A stretch of 64,000 nt of DNA. Source: Vicugna vicugna. Taxonomy: Eukaryota. This document shows positions 1 through 12,639 of this stretch, one piece after another. Under the pieces are notes generated by a model that worked only from the letters and a program-made list of their open reading frames with translations, ran no database searches and was not told where the DNA came from. Positions within the stretch are counted from its first letter, which is position 1. Each line of letters starts with the position of its first letter. The position numbers and the translations under genes were made by a program. Location: assembly GCA_013265495.1 (NCBI GenBank), contig MU059829.1, positions 3,348,001 to 3,412,000 on the forward strand. Reading direction: 5' to 3'.

Positions 1-2513
1 GAGCGAGGCTGTGGTATAACGGAGAGCCTTATAAAGAGGGTCTGACTGCCTCCAGTCGGGGAGTTCAGTGTTGGGGCAGCGTGAGCCGGGGCGGAGGGGT
101 TCAGATGCGAGGCCCCGTTTCCCCAAGCGCCTCCCTAGTCCAGGCACCCTCTGCCTCCTGGAGCGTTGTCGTCGCGTCTGTTGGGTGTGGTGCCTTGCTC
201 AGTGCCGGGTGCGAGAGATGGGCAGGCGCAGCCCTGTCTCCTGGGGAGTGTTCGTGCCTCCAGATCTCCTGGCACACCGTGCCTGTGAGATGCATTCAGG
301 GAGTGTTTAAACAGCACAGTGTGTCCCCAAATTATAATCTAAGTCAAACTTCAAAAACAAACTTTAAAAGAAATAAAAAAACATTTATAAATATGTAAGG
401 TCCCTTCCTGGTGTTTTCCTCATCCAGGTTTTAGCACTGGTTTCCTAGACAGGAAGCTCCATAAAGATGCCGGTGTAGAAAGAGAACATGAGCCACCATC
501 ATTAGGTCACAGCGCTGGTGACACGTTCAGTTCTTAGACGAGGCAAAATGTCCCAGCGCAGTTAAAGAAATTCCTCCAGTGTGCACCGTGAAGTATAAGA
601 ACTACTTTTAAAAATAAAAGTCTCTCTGGACTATTCTACGTAAATGTAATTTACAAATCCGCCACAGAAGGCAGTCCTCCACCCGGGCAACGCCGTCTCA
701 GCGGAAGGAAGCGCGGTCCACGGTGGCGGTGCTGGTGCTCGTGCTGGTGTGTTTGTTCTGCTTCTGTCAGCTTAGTTTTCGTTTCAGATACAGAAGTGTC
801 TGCACACTGTTTTGGGGGCTGCACGCACAGCCATCCATACACCTCCCCTCGTCCTCTCTGAAGGGAAGTGCTAATTAAATGTGGGTCTTTGTGAAGGGGG
901 CACAGGCTAGCACACCTCCACTTCTGGCTGTTACCCTCTACTGCAAACTATAGCAACAGGCCAGAGGACAAGGACCCCAAAACATCATCTTCCACGTTCC
1001 TGGTGGTCACAGCTGAACACACCAGCCCCTTCGCAGACACTGACGTACCCGCCTCCCTGCCCCGCCAGGCACAAACCCCTTCGTGGTACAGCCACCAGCA
1101 TAACCGGAGTGCAGGAACAAGTGCATCCATAGCCCCAGCTGAGCATGTGCGTTCTGACTGGGGACGACCGCCTTGATGCGATTTTAGGGGCTGTTTGTTT
1201 TAGGAAAGGAGGACGAGGCATTTCAGGCTCACGGATTAAAAGTGGTCCCTGAGATGCTCTGACAATGGGTGGGGGGGGTTCCGTGTCAGCTGTCAATGGG
1301 CAAATGTGTTACTGGCCTGTCTTGGTATCTCCCTTTCAAACTTACTTAATGTTTAGAAGTATTACTATTAGGAAGTGGGGTTCCCTGAAAGCCACAGAAG
1401 CGACAGCCCTCTGTTCTTTAATCTCCCAGCGCTGGGGATAGACTTAGCCTGTCTGGGAAGACAGGGAAACGTCCAACCGGACTGAGAAGAGAAGCATAAA
1501 CAAGTCTTTACCGTTTGTTGCTGTGAGTGGATTCGCTGAAAATACATTCAGGGAGACATATTATGTTTGCATTTCTACCCAGGATGTCAAACACGTTCTG
1601 ACCGATCCTCCTCAGAGCCGGTCTCCTCTGCGTAAACAGTTCACACACGTCATGAGGTGAAGAGCAAGAGGAACTTGGTGGAATCGCTGGTGCAGACCAT
1701 GTGCACCGATTACCCTGCAAAAGTTTATATCAATATTGTAAAAAAAAAAAAAAAGGCAGGATTTTCTATGTATTTATTAGCAGAAATGTGAAAAACGAGC
1801 TCAATTTTTTTTGTACCCAGTGAAAATGAGAGCGTGTCTCAGTCATCTTTGCAAGAGTTCCTGTCTGGGATAAAGTGCAGTGTTGTCAGAAGCCTTTCTG
1901 CCCTTTACTTCTGATTTAAAAGATGCCAGTTGGCAGCATTTAACCTAACTTTCGCCGCTACTGGGCTGTGCCTCACAAGACGAGACTAGAGGGGCGTGGC
2001 TGCGGGGGGACGGGCTCAGCTCAGGAGAGGAGGCCCCTGAGGAGCAGCCCCTCCGTCTCCTGCGCTGGGTCTGCGCGGGCCGCGGGCAGAAGGCTCCTGA
2101 CAGGCAGCCAGTGTGGGCGCTTCTGCGCGGCCGGAGTCCTCCAGGGAGCGGGTGGGCTCAGACATTAAGTGAAGCGTCAGCGGCGACTTCCCAGGCCAGT
2201 TTAACACGTCTCTTACGAAGCAAGGCAAACCCTACGGCCAGGAGCGTGACGCCCCGCGCCTGGCCCGGGCAGGCCGGCTAGAACACGCAGGCGCGGGCAT
2301 CCGGGGTGTCTCCGCCGGGTAGCAGCCGCGCGGCGCCTCGCGGGGGCCCCGCCCGGCTCGTCCGCCTTCACACTGCTCTGCCGCCGGGGCGCCAGGGTCG
2401 TCGTCGCGCCCCCTTCCGCCGTCTCACTGAGCAGCACCGACCTCCCGTGCTTTGAAGTGTCTGACGCCGTTCTTCTGCCTGTGCTGACGCGTGCCCGTCT
2501 TCTCCCCCGACAG

Positions 2514-2675
2514 TTCCCTCAGACGTGTTTTTCGTCCATTCCGTGTGGAAGGGCTATTACGAATATTTGGGGGAGAGGCAGCCTGCCACCCTGACTGTCG
2601 ACTGGTTCAATGCAACGAGCAGCAAGGTGAACGCGACCTTCGCTGACGCCTCCCAGGGGGAGCTGAAGCTGACAG
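2514..2675 (+). CDS. CSMD1: CSMD1 internal coding exon (fifth from last), 162 nt, phase 1-1; (V)PSDVFFVHSVWKGYYEYLGERQPATLTVDWFNATSSKVNATFADASQGELKLT
   Basis: Acceptor tctcccccgacag| with CTGAC branch point at 2484-2488; donor |gtaggc at 2676. The translation matches the membrane-proximal ectodomain of CSMD1 after the last sushi domain. Contains two N-glycosylation sequons (NATS, NATF). Confidence 0.97.
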
Positions 2676-3449
2676 GTAGGCCCGGGGAGCTTCGCTGGAG
2701 GCAGGGCGTGCGCAGCGCCGCCCCGTCTGATGCGGGAGGGGAGCCGCCGCGTGCTCATGCGTGTCGGCGTGGCCCTGGCTCCGCGTCCGCCGCGCCTCAC
2801 GGGCGTCTCAGTGGCCCCAGCGGGCCGGTGCTGCTTCCTCATTTTAAAGATCACAAAACCAGCACAGAATAGTAGCTTAATTTCCTCAAGATCACGCGCA
2901 GAACTTACTACGTCAAAGACATGAGGTTTCTGCCCAGATGTGCGTGTCTCCAAGATTCCTTCTTTGACAGCCCCTCTCTCTCTCTTTAAACTCATTTGCT
3001 CTTGGTGAGTTTTCTGGGGTTTTTTGGGGGGGGAGCATATCTCAGTTAAAAATTGTCCTTTTCATTCTTATACCAATCTTGTGACGCAAATGTTATTAAA
3101 CAAGCTTTTACTGATTAACAAAGGCGCGCCCAGGGGAATTGGGGGTCCTTCCTCGGGGGCAGCAGAGGGGATGTGAGCTCAGCAGCTGGAGTCCTGAGCC
3201 CAGAGCCAGCCAGCCAGACGGACGGACTCGCCTCCCTGACAGGCCCAGCGCCTCTGTGTGTTTTTCGGTGACCGCGCTTCCTGCGACCACGTGTCCTCAC
3301 AGACTGACTCCTGAGTTATCCTCGAGCCCCGGCCCTGGTTCTGAACGCCAAGGGCCCCCCGATGGCACCCACATTCTCTAATTACCAGACACACAGAAAC
3401 ATGTAAACACGCTGCACACAGTCTGGATTTGGGAAAGGCAAAGCCATTC

Positions 3450-4360
3450 CTACTCGCAGACGGCCAGCAGGTGCGCGCCGCCGACTCACGCCCCGGGGCC
3501 CCGGGGCGGCGCGCGGGGCTCAGGCCCGCTGCGCACGGCCAGTCACGCGTCAGCATGAACTGAGACTCCGTCAGACACTCAGGTTTCTTGGTCTCACCCA
3601 GCTCCACTGGAGAATGTTTCTCCTCGTGGAGTCTGGAGGTTTTTCCTCCCAAAGGAAAGGCTCCGCTGCGGTTTGGGCGCGGCGGACCCCGTGGGCCGGC
3701 GCCGCGCAGCCTCTGGTTCAGGTGCGGGGGCGCGGGCTGTGGGCTCGGACCCGGCGCGGGCAGGCAGGAGGGGGCGGCGCTCGCGGACGCCCGCCGGGGC
3801 CCGCGTTCTGTGGGCCGTGGCCGAACCCCCACGAGCGGCGTTGGACGAGGATCTGGTCAGCCCTCACGACAGCCTGCAGAAGTGGGGATCCGACGGGCCG
3901 CGGCGCGGCTCTGGCGGTGGCCCGGCCTCCGCGCCGGAGGCGGCCTTCTCGGCAGCCGGACCCTCCTGCGAGGGCCCCCCTCCCCCCGCGACCGGAGCGG
4001 AGACGCCGCTGAGGCGTCAGACTCGCCCCCTGACGTGAGCTGCGGGAGGCGGCGGCGTCCCCGACGCCGACGGCGCCTCCCCCGGGCCGCCCCTAACGGG
4101 GAGCAGCCGGTCGGGGCGCAGCTACGGCCCGTTTCCAGCGCGCTGACTTCGAGGCGCGGAAGCTCTGCGACGCTTTCGTGCCCGCCCTCCGCGCGGCTTT
4201 CCGCAGGGCTGCCTCCGGGCGGAAGCCGGCGCCTTGGGCTCCCGGAGCGCCCGCCGCCGAGAGGCGCCGCCCTTGTGGCTCGTCGGCCGCGTCCGCAGCG
4301 GCCGGTGCCTCTGCATCCCCGGGGTGGGGTCGCTCTCTGCTGCGTTCTTCCGTGCCCAGC
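3450..4360. promoter_or_regulatory. Intronic CpG island within CSMD1
   Basis: Very GC-rich, with 10-11 CpG per 60 nt in the lines counted (3661-3720, 4021-4080). Confidence 0.8.
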
Positions 4361-4631
4361 AGTGAGTCAGGTGTGAATGAAACGCTAGGTTTGAAACAGG
4401 GATACGCCTGAACGCGTGCTGGGACACAGATGCGGGGTTTAGCGAAGCAGACAGGGGCCTCAGCAAGCGATTGTGAGGGACAGGAAGCTCTGAGGCCAAA
4501 GTTCACAAGCACAAGCGTGCCCCTGCCGTGCATGGCGTGGTCACCTCCGACCGCGTCCCAGGACCCCGGGCGCGGCGCCTGCAGCGCTGACGGGGGCGCC
4601 GCCGGGTGGGTAACCGGCCCCTCTTTCCCAG

Positions 4632-4744
4632 GCGTTTACAAGAAGGAGGAGGCCCACTTGCTGCTGAAAGCGTTTCACATCAAAGGCCCGGTGGACATTT
4701 TTGTCAGCAACTTTGAAAACGACAACTGGGGACTCGACGGCTAC
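4632..4744 (+). CDS. CSMD1: CSMD1 coding exon, 113 nt, phase 1-0; (G)VYKKEEAHLLLKAFHIKGPVDIFVSNFENDNWGLDGY
   Basis: Acceptor ctctttcccag|, donor |gtaagt at 4745. Frame continues from the previous exon and the peptide is recognisable as CSMD1. Confidence 0.97.
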
Positions 4745-5496
4745 GTAAGTACTCGGTGTGGGGCCGCGCCAAGCCGGGGTTCCCTGTCACCGTGGGGACC
4801 CCCCCTGAGGCCCCGGCCCGCCTGCCCCGTGAGCGCCCTGCAGCTGCTCCCCCCGGCGGCGCGGCCGCCCCCCGCCTTTCAGCAGGGAAGGGGCCTCGTC
4901 TCTGAAAGGAGAAGGAACCGGGCCACGAGCCGTGGGCTGTGCCCGCAGAGACAGAGGGATCTTAGATCCAGACCACGTTCCACGGAAGGGTGGTGGCCTA
5001 ACCTCCCCGCGGCCACTGGCAGCCACCCTCAAAGTCCTAAAAAACAGACTCCCAGATAGAGATTTAAGGTGCCCTCCTCTCAGTCTCCTTGGCAAGTTAA
5101 CCGGGGCCTTGTGCTCTGACGCGTGACCTAACTCGAGGATGAACAGCCTCCCGTGACGTGCAGGAGACAGTAGTTTGACCTAAAGTGAGTTTTACACAGT
5201 GCGGGCGCTGTGGGGGGTGTGTTTCATTTGTGTGTCCCCCTTTACAAAGGACAGGCACCCTACCAGTAGGCTGTAAAATCTACTACTGGTTTGAGATCAG
5301 AATGAGAGAATGAGAATTTATAGAGTTAATGTCTGTATTTTACCATTTTTAACTCTAAATGGGTCACTCAAAGGAATGACAATTTAAAATTAGCCTGAGT
5401 ACCTGAATTTGGAGGAATAATAATTACGTTATGCTAAGGGAGAGATGGAGCTTCATCCTTGCAACGCACTGTCTTCTTCCTTTCCGTGCGTGTCAG

Positions 5497-5584
5497 GTAT
5501 CGTCGGGCCTTGAAAGAGGAGGATTCACTTTTCAAGGTGACATACACGGAAGAGACTTCGGCAAGTTCAAGCTGGAGAGGCAAG
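5497..5584 (+). CDS. CSMD1: CSMD1 coding exon, 88 nt, phase 0-1; VSSGLERGGFTFQGDIHGRDFGKFKLERQ
   Basis: Acceptor cttcttcctttccgtgcgtgtcag|, donor |gtaatt at 5585. Not in the ORF track because it is short; found by manual translation. Confidence 0.96.
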
Positions 5585-6079
5585 GTAATTGCTCTGGTGT
5601 TGCTGAATAAAGCAGGTATCAGGTTGGCCTTCAGGTGATTAAGCTGAGAAGTGATGACATGACTGAAAGAAACAGAAACAAAAATAATGGGAAAGACTCA
5701 TGTGTTTTACAACTGGATAAAAAAAAAAAACCTGCTTTTAAAAAGCAGAACAGACCATCTCACCTGGAATAAGAGCAGTAAATATGCCAGACGCGGAACT
5801 CACACCCTTGCTGTGCAAAGACGTATTTTCAAACAGGGAGAAAAGGCAAAGACGAAACTCAGTTAAACAATAAACAAACTCCTTGACCCTAAGAGTGGTT
5901 AAAAACGGCCACCCAACCGTGAAAAGATCTTCAGCTTCAGGAGTACGTGCTGTGACGTCAAGGACAAGTCGCGTTCAGCTGTGGGGACGGCAGAGTTCCC
6001 TCCACGTGACGTTGGGTGCGCGGTAGACATCAGCGCCTGGCTGCTCATGTTCGGTGGCTGTCTGAATAAACGTACACAG

Positions 6080-6380
6080 TTTGGCAATTGCTTTCATCCA
6101 CAATTCTGTCTCTAAAATTTTTACTCAGACAAGTGTGACCACTGTGTTTTGCCTATTCAGGTATGTCTAAAGCAGGACTGTTTCTAACAGCTGAAGTTAG
6201 AAGTAAACTGTATCTTACACATCCCTCAAACAGGAACTGCTTCCGTGAATAACTGCCTGCAGTGTGTTACACTCAGCAGAGGACAGCCGCAGTCTATTTC
6301 ATTAAAGGAACGGAGACGACACATTGACGTGCAAAGGTGCTCACGACTTTTATGTGAGAAAAAAGTCTGCTGTGGACAGA
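6080..6380 (+). mobile_element. Decayed L1ME-type fragment
   Basis: Order of motifs (caattctgtctctaaaattt, agcaggactgtttctaacagc, cattaaaggaac, tgacgtgcaaaggtgctc) follows the L1ME 3' region. Confidence 0.45.
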
Positions 6381-7699
6381 CAGACGGACAGATACGTCTT
6401 CCTTCTTTCTGTCTGTCTCAGGTGCTTGGTTTTTGGCTTAGGAACTAGACAAGAAAGCGCATGAGAAGATTCATGGGACACGACCCTCCCCTCACCTGCT
6501 TGCTGGCTGGATAGTCTGAGATGAGCTGCAATGTTCTCGAGCCTGTTCTTCCCTGGGAATCTCGGGGGAGAAGTCAGCTCCTGGTTGTTATAAAGATTTA
6601 GACACAATACGAGCCTCTGCTTTGGGCTAAAGGTCTTTGCACAGGCGAGCCCTCAGCCTCGTGGCTGCTGGCACAGGCAGGAGGCGCGTCTGTGGTGAGA
6701 AGACCAGCTCCACGCGTCCCCGGGATGGCGTCAGCCACTCTGTCCCTCACTGACGGGCTTCCACTGACATGCCGGCTCTAGAGAGAGGACGCACTGTGCA
6801 GGCTTTGATGCCAGAGGAGCCTTCCAGAGGAACACAAGTGTAACGTTGGTGTGACTGTCACCAATGAACTCGTTTCAAAGACTTGCTCCAGCTCCTGAGG
6901 GGTTCCCGAGGAAATATATACCAACCTGTTTGTTATCAAACTAAAAAAACAAAAACAAACAAAAACCTGACCAAAACGAGTAAGTAATCATAAAAAACTC
7001 TAAATCCACTTTCCAAATAGAGTGCTTTTAAATAGAGGAGCTTTTAAATTATAATGGCAGCAGTGGCTGAGCTGATGCTTTAAGCGGGGCTGTGTTACTC
7101 TGAGGAAATGAGAGAATGAGAGGCACTGGGCCAACACCCGCGGTGGGTCGTGTCCACTGGCTCTGAGGTTGTCCCCCTCCCTCCTCCCCAGGGCACACGC
7201 TCTAGCAGTTTTGTCTGAGGACACCCCAGTGAGCGTGCAAGAAGCTCTGCAGGGGTCTGAGGTGCCCCCGCGAGCCCGGCCGGACACCACTTTGCTGTTG
7301 CAGACTTGTTTGCGTTGCCCCACTTCTTTATAATCCAACACAGTGACAACTTGCTGGAACAAGTAATCTTCCTTCTTGTGTGATGATGAGCTTAGTGTCA
7401 GAAAAAACAATTTGCCTCACAAAGTAGCCTGAGTCACAGGCAAGTGTCCCATTCAACTAATGAGAAAAGCCTGCGTTTAAGTAATGCTTCAACAACCGCC
7501 ATTCATCTGAGCGCTACGGCGACGTTTTGTTTTTAATGGTTAAAGATAAGCAACCTCTTAATTGTCTCCAGCCAGTACATAAACTGGAAAAAAGTGATTA
7601 TCATTAAACGGATACTAAACCAAGTTGATTTGAAAAGCAACCCTAATGCAAAAACTTGTGTAAGAAACTGAACATTAAACTTTTTCCCATCCCAGCTGA

Positions 7700-8440
7700 A
7701 GCCCGTCTCCCCTACACACAATCAGAATGGGAGAAAAATCTGCAAATCACGCATCTTAACAAGGGTCCTGTACCCAGAAAATATAAACTCTCATGGCTCA
7801 ATAACACGCAGGCAAATAAGCGAAGACACTGGCAAGTGATCTGCACAGACACCCCTCCAAAGGCACACAGAGACCAGTGAGCAAATGAAAAGACGTTCAG
7901 CCTCATTCATCCTTAATCGTTAGGGAAACGCAGACCAGAGCCACCCGACACCCAGCAGGACGGCTGTGCTCACAGACACACGCAGCAAGTGGAGGCAGGG
8001 GGCAGCGAAGTGGGAATGCTCATCCCTGGCGGATGGGAGCCTACGAGTGGCCCGCTGCGGCGGCGGACGGTCTTCCAGTCAGCCATCGAGTGGTCAGAAC
8101 AGAGTCACCGCCAGAGTCAGCAGCTCCATCACGCTGAGAGAAGCCATGCACCAGAACCACGTGTTGTGTGATCACATTTATGTGAAACACCCCCAACAGG
8201 CAGATCGGTGCAGACAGAGAGTGGCCGCCTTGGTCAAGCTGGCAGCTGGGGAGGGGAGGGGAGGAGGGGGCGCCGGGGGCGCTGGCTTCTTCTGGGGTGA
8301 CAGCACGCCCTCCGGTAGACTGTGGGGGTCACTGCGGCAGCAAACACACATTTTGCAATAGTTTAAAAGCCTTGAGTTGTATGTAGGCACTGGAAGGGCG
8401 AATTCTATGGAATGTGAACTCCTTTCAATAACGCTCTTTA
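7700..8440 (+). mobile_element. Old L1M (L1MB-like) ORF2 end and 3' UTR, fragmented
   Basis: gaatgggagaaaaatctgcaaatcac, aaatgaaaagacgttcagcctcatt, gtgtgatcacatttatgtgaaac and a terminal caataacgct..aaaaaa resemble L1M consensus segments. Confidence 0.7.
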
Positions 8441-9486
8441 GAAAAAACTGAATGGCCCGGCCTACAACACATGAAAAGATGCTCACCTCCCCTCTTAAGT
8501 AAAGAAGCGCAAGGGAGACAAGGACGCAGGGGAGGTGGTGGCGCCTCAGGAGGGGGCCGAGGGGGCACTTAGAGACCAGACGGCTGTCCTGGGGCTGTGA
8601 TGGCCCTCCTCACACAGTGGTTGGAATGAAATCTGCACACCAATTAGGTAAGATTTTAGCAACACTGCAGGTTACATGTTCTGTTAGGCAATAATTCTAC
8701 TTAGAATTTATCCCAAATATTTCGGCTCCTGCTGATGTACTGCTGTAGAAAAAGAGGTTCACGGCAGTATTACAGGAAAGGACTAGAAGCGGCCTGAACG
8801 TCCTGTGAAAGCTGGCTGGCTGGATGAATTCAGTTAACAGGATGCCGCACACCTAAACAAACGAGATCTGATTCACACGTGCGGGTGGGAGAAACCCACA
8901 GGTGCACGTGGTTAAGCTTGAAGAGCAAAATACAAAAAGGTATTAACAGTATCCCTGTATTTTAGGAGAGAAGGGAAGAGAGTCACATATACTGATATTA
9001 TATTGTTGGATGGACATGAAAATAAAACAAAAACAAAACGCCGTTTACCATAAAGAGTAGACCCTTTATTTCCAACCGTCTTTATAGTATTTATTTTCAT
9101 GTCCACCTTTGCCATTTTAATTAACTATGTGCCTGTATTACCCTTTAAGCCATTACAATACGAGTTACTGAAATTAACCAGGTGCCCCAGACAGCGTCAC
9201 AGCTTCAGAGTCCAGTCGGCAGTACAATCCACAAAGGCCTCCTTGTTTGCTGCCCTGTGTTGTGACTTGAGGTCACACGTCGGTTTTCCAGGAGCTTATT
9301 AATTGGAAGTCTGATATCTGCGATGGCCAAAGTACACAGTCTCGTTTGCAGGTAACAGAAAGTAGCTTCGGTCAATTCAAGCAGATTTGCTGGACTGAGG
9401 CAGAGAGAGGCACAAAAACCTGGAGCGTGAGCTGCGGTGACTTAGTGGAAACCAGCGGGTGTTGGCCTCTACAAACGCAGCACCGT

Positions 9487-9605
9487 TTCTTCATTTCCCA
9501 AATGCACACCGAGCGCCTACTGTGTCCCAGGTTCCCCTGCAGGCACTGGGGGCTCCAGAGGAGAGCTGGCCGGGATGGCCCTGCCACGAAGGCGCTGACT
9601 CTAGG
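9487..9605 (-). mobile_element. L2 LINE 3' end remnant
   Basis: ttcatttcccaaatgcacaccgagcgcctactgtgtcccagg...ggccctgcc...gactctag is the antisense L2 terminus. Confidence 0.6.
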
Positions 9606-10257
9606 AAACACGGGCCCCCGGGCACTTCCGCCTCAGGCCAGCCTCGTTCCCAGCAGTTGAGACTGTCACCGCACACCTACTGATGTGGTTCTCCCGGGCG
9701 GCCGGGCATAGCCACGCCGGACTGGGCTGACCCCTGGGGAGCACTCAAGGTTGTCCCCAAGCCTCCAGCACCAGCACAGCCACAGGAACCAGGTCCAAAC
9801 CATGTCAGGAGGCTCCGCCTTGCCCACTCCACCTTCAGTGCCCGGGAAGGGGCCTCCCGTTGGCTTGATTCTGCTCAAGTGCCTGTCACCCGGAGGCTGA
9901 GTTTAGGAGAACGAGTCTCTGGCAGGTTCCCCTCGCCCAGCAGCTGATGAATTAATGCATCTGAAAATGAGACGTGAAACGTGACTCATGTGCTGACATG
10001 GAAGGACCACAAAAACCGGTGGTTAATTTACAGAGAGGCAGCGTCCACGAGGAAGTACGTTGGTGTCAGACCTGCGGTGGTGGGAGCGTCCCAGTCCCGC
10101 AGCAACTGAAGCAAATGACAAGTCACAGTGTTTCTAAGGTTTTATGTGGAAATGGAGGAATTTTTAATTTTTAAAATTTTATTTTAAAAGCTATCTAAAT
10201 ATTTTAAATGTTTCATTGTACAATGTCCGCAAATTAAATATGCCTTTTCTTTTCCAG

Positions 10258-10390
10258 ATCCCCTGAGCTCTGATCAAGATCCTTCGAACCACCACCGCGG
10301 AGCCAGCAGCGGCTCTGTTGCGGCCGCCATCCTGGTCCCGTTCTTCGCGCTCATTTTGTCAGGGGTGGCCTTTTACCTCTACAAACACAG
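10258..10390 (+). CDS. CSMD1: CSMD1 transmembrane exon, 133 nt, phase 1-2; (D)PLSSDQDPSNHHRGASSGSVAAAILVPFFALILSGVAFYLYKH(R)
   Basis: Acceptor ccttttcttttccag|, donor |gtaggg at 10391. Hydrophobic stretch VAAAILVPFFALILSGVAFYLY followed by basic KHR. Confidence 0.97.
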
Positions 10391-12639
10391 GTAGGGCAGG
10401 AGCGCCGCCTGTGGGTGTGCGGCGGGCATGGATCCGGTGCCGGGAACGCGCCGGCACTGCGCTCACAGGTCTGTGCTCTGTGCACGATCTGTCCTGCATT
10501 AGGGATGCCCCTACGGCCATGTCTCACTGTGGTTTCTTTATTTACCATCCTTTTCCAGTGAGATAACTCTGAGTGAAAAACTGTTTAAAAGGATAAATCA
10601 ATGGATTAAGACATAACGTGCTATGTGTCACGTTCAGTTAAAGATGAGATGAATGATTTTACTTTTACTTTCGAGCTCCACGACCAGCTCTCAGGGACAC
10701 TGAGATGGCACCTCCCCTCCAGCGGGACTGCAGAGACCATCCCTGAGGCCGTGCAGCCCCACGAATCGATGGTTTATAAGTTGTTGCTTTATTCCTTCCT
10801 TCAACAAATACAAACTGAGTTCTTGCTACGTACTGAGCAACGTCGCGTCATAGTCCACCTCTCGAGAAAGTGCTCCAAGTATCTATTAACTGGCACATCC
10901 CTACTAACTGGAAAATGTCAAAACGGGGGGAGAAACAATGTTAATGAGATTGATTCTTTCTTTGGGGTTGCATGGATGCCACGGGAAAAAAAAAGCAAAA
11001 CCAGATTTTGGGAGGAATGCTAAATCTTCAGACATTGTGGATAAGCACTGCCGGGAGAAAGCTGGCATGTGGCAAACTGCTCTAAAGTCCCGTCTGGACT
11101 AGTAGCATCTGCGAATAACTTAAAAATCTGATTCCCTGTGATAAGATTAAGGAATGCTAATGTGTCTGTATTTATTTATATAACAGATATTCCTACTTAA
11201 TCCTGGTTTTAAAAAGCTGGTGTGAGGATGTTTGGGATTTTTCTAAATGACTCAAGGAATAGCGTAAAAAAATGCACTTTCTAATACTTTGTTTTGAAAC
11301 ATAAGATAGTAAGAATGTTATTTCAAAATTATATTGGATCAGCCTTGTGCAAGGATGTCCTCATCCCCCTGTGATTGGTAACATTCTTGCTGTAAAACCG
11401 TAACCCAGTGAAAGGAGTCTCAGATAATATTTACAAAGTTAAAGGCTGGCAATCTGTATTATTATTTCCACTTTGGAGAAAAAATAGCCTGTGCACACAA
11501 GTGTGGTGAGCCTTGTCCTCGAGTTCCAGCTCAGAGCTATTTAAAGGTACAGTCAGTGCGGAAACACACCCCACCACCTTATCCAATAAAACGCCTACTG
11601 GAGGTGCTTCTCTTCTGACAATACAGATCCGTCACTTAACATAAATTAAAAATCTATCTTCTTCACAAGTTTCTCTAGGAAACGTAATAGCCTTACGGAG
11701 ACACATAAAGCAGGACTTTATAACTCCCACATATTCACTCTTGCTTTTTATTGGCATCCAGCGTAACCCCAAGGAAAAGATGTGTCCATGAAAATTATTT
11801 CCCGTCTTTTCACACTCACCGAGTGGGCAGCCCCCCTCGGGCAGCCTCCCGGGGCTTCCTCTGACCGGCCTGAGCTGGGTGGCCTCCCGCACGTCGGCCA
11901 GTTCCTCCCAGCGATGCAGGCCTTTGTATGAGCCTCCGAGAAAGCCATTTCAGCACCTCTTATGCTTGGAAAAGACAGGCCCACACAATGATACATACTT
12001 GCGCAGAAATTAAACACTACTTCTGATTTCATCTTAACTTGAGGATAGCATAGCATTAGGGGAGTATTCAACACACACCGCAGCTGTCGTCCGAACCTTA
12101 GAAACTCCATAAACGTCCGGCACTAGGTCCTCGATGACGGTAACGCTCAGAAACAGGTCGCAGACTACACGACCCAGCGGGAGGGAGATGTCACCTGTTT
12201 TTATATGAATCTGACTTGTACTGTGGGCTGGTGGGAACCGAACCTCAATGTGACTCCCAATATCACTCCACACTGAGACTGCGGGCAGGCAGTGAGGCGG
12301 CCCAGGTCGTGTCTGTCCCCGGCCATCAGGCCCCCAGGATTTCCGACCTGTGGGACCCTGGATTCTCCGCTTCTGGGCCGGGAGGGACGCGGGGGTTTTG
12401 CAGAAGCGAGGAACCCGTGCCTGGTCACCAGCATGTCATGGGTCCTTTCCTCCGTGGTCCTCACCTGCCCTGCGGGGAGCAAACCACACTGGCCCCTAAA
12501 CCCCCAAGTCAGAGACGGTCCCTCAGGAGTTGTCACTATGTGTGACCCGAAAACACCACGCTTCCTCTGGGACCTGGTGCTGGGGCTCCCGCTTGGCCAG
12601 GAGTCTCAGCAGGAATCAGATGAGTCTGAGCGTGGAGAC

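Noticed and set aside
1-2513. An additional upstream CSMD1 exon (last sushi domain or short linker exon)
   Set aside because: No matching peptide with splice sites could be found by eye; it probably lies 5' of the window.
5491-5502. AG|GT junction at the start of the 5497 exon as a recursive splice site
   Set aside because: The reconstituted donor GTATCG is poor, and the upstream intron is only 752 nt.
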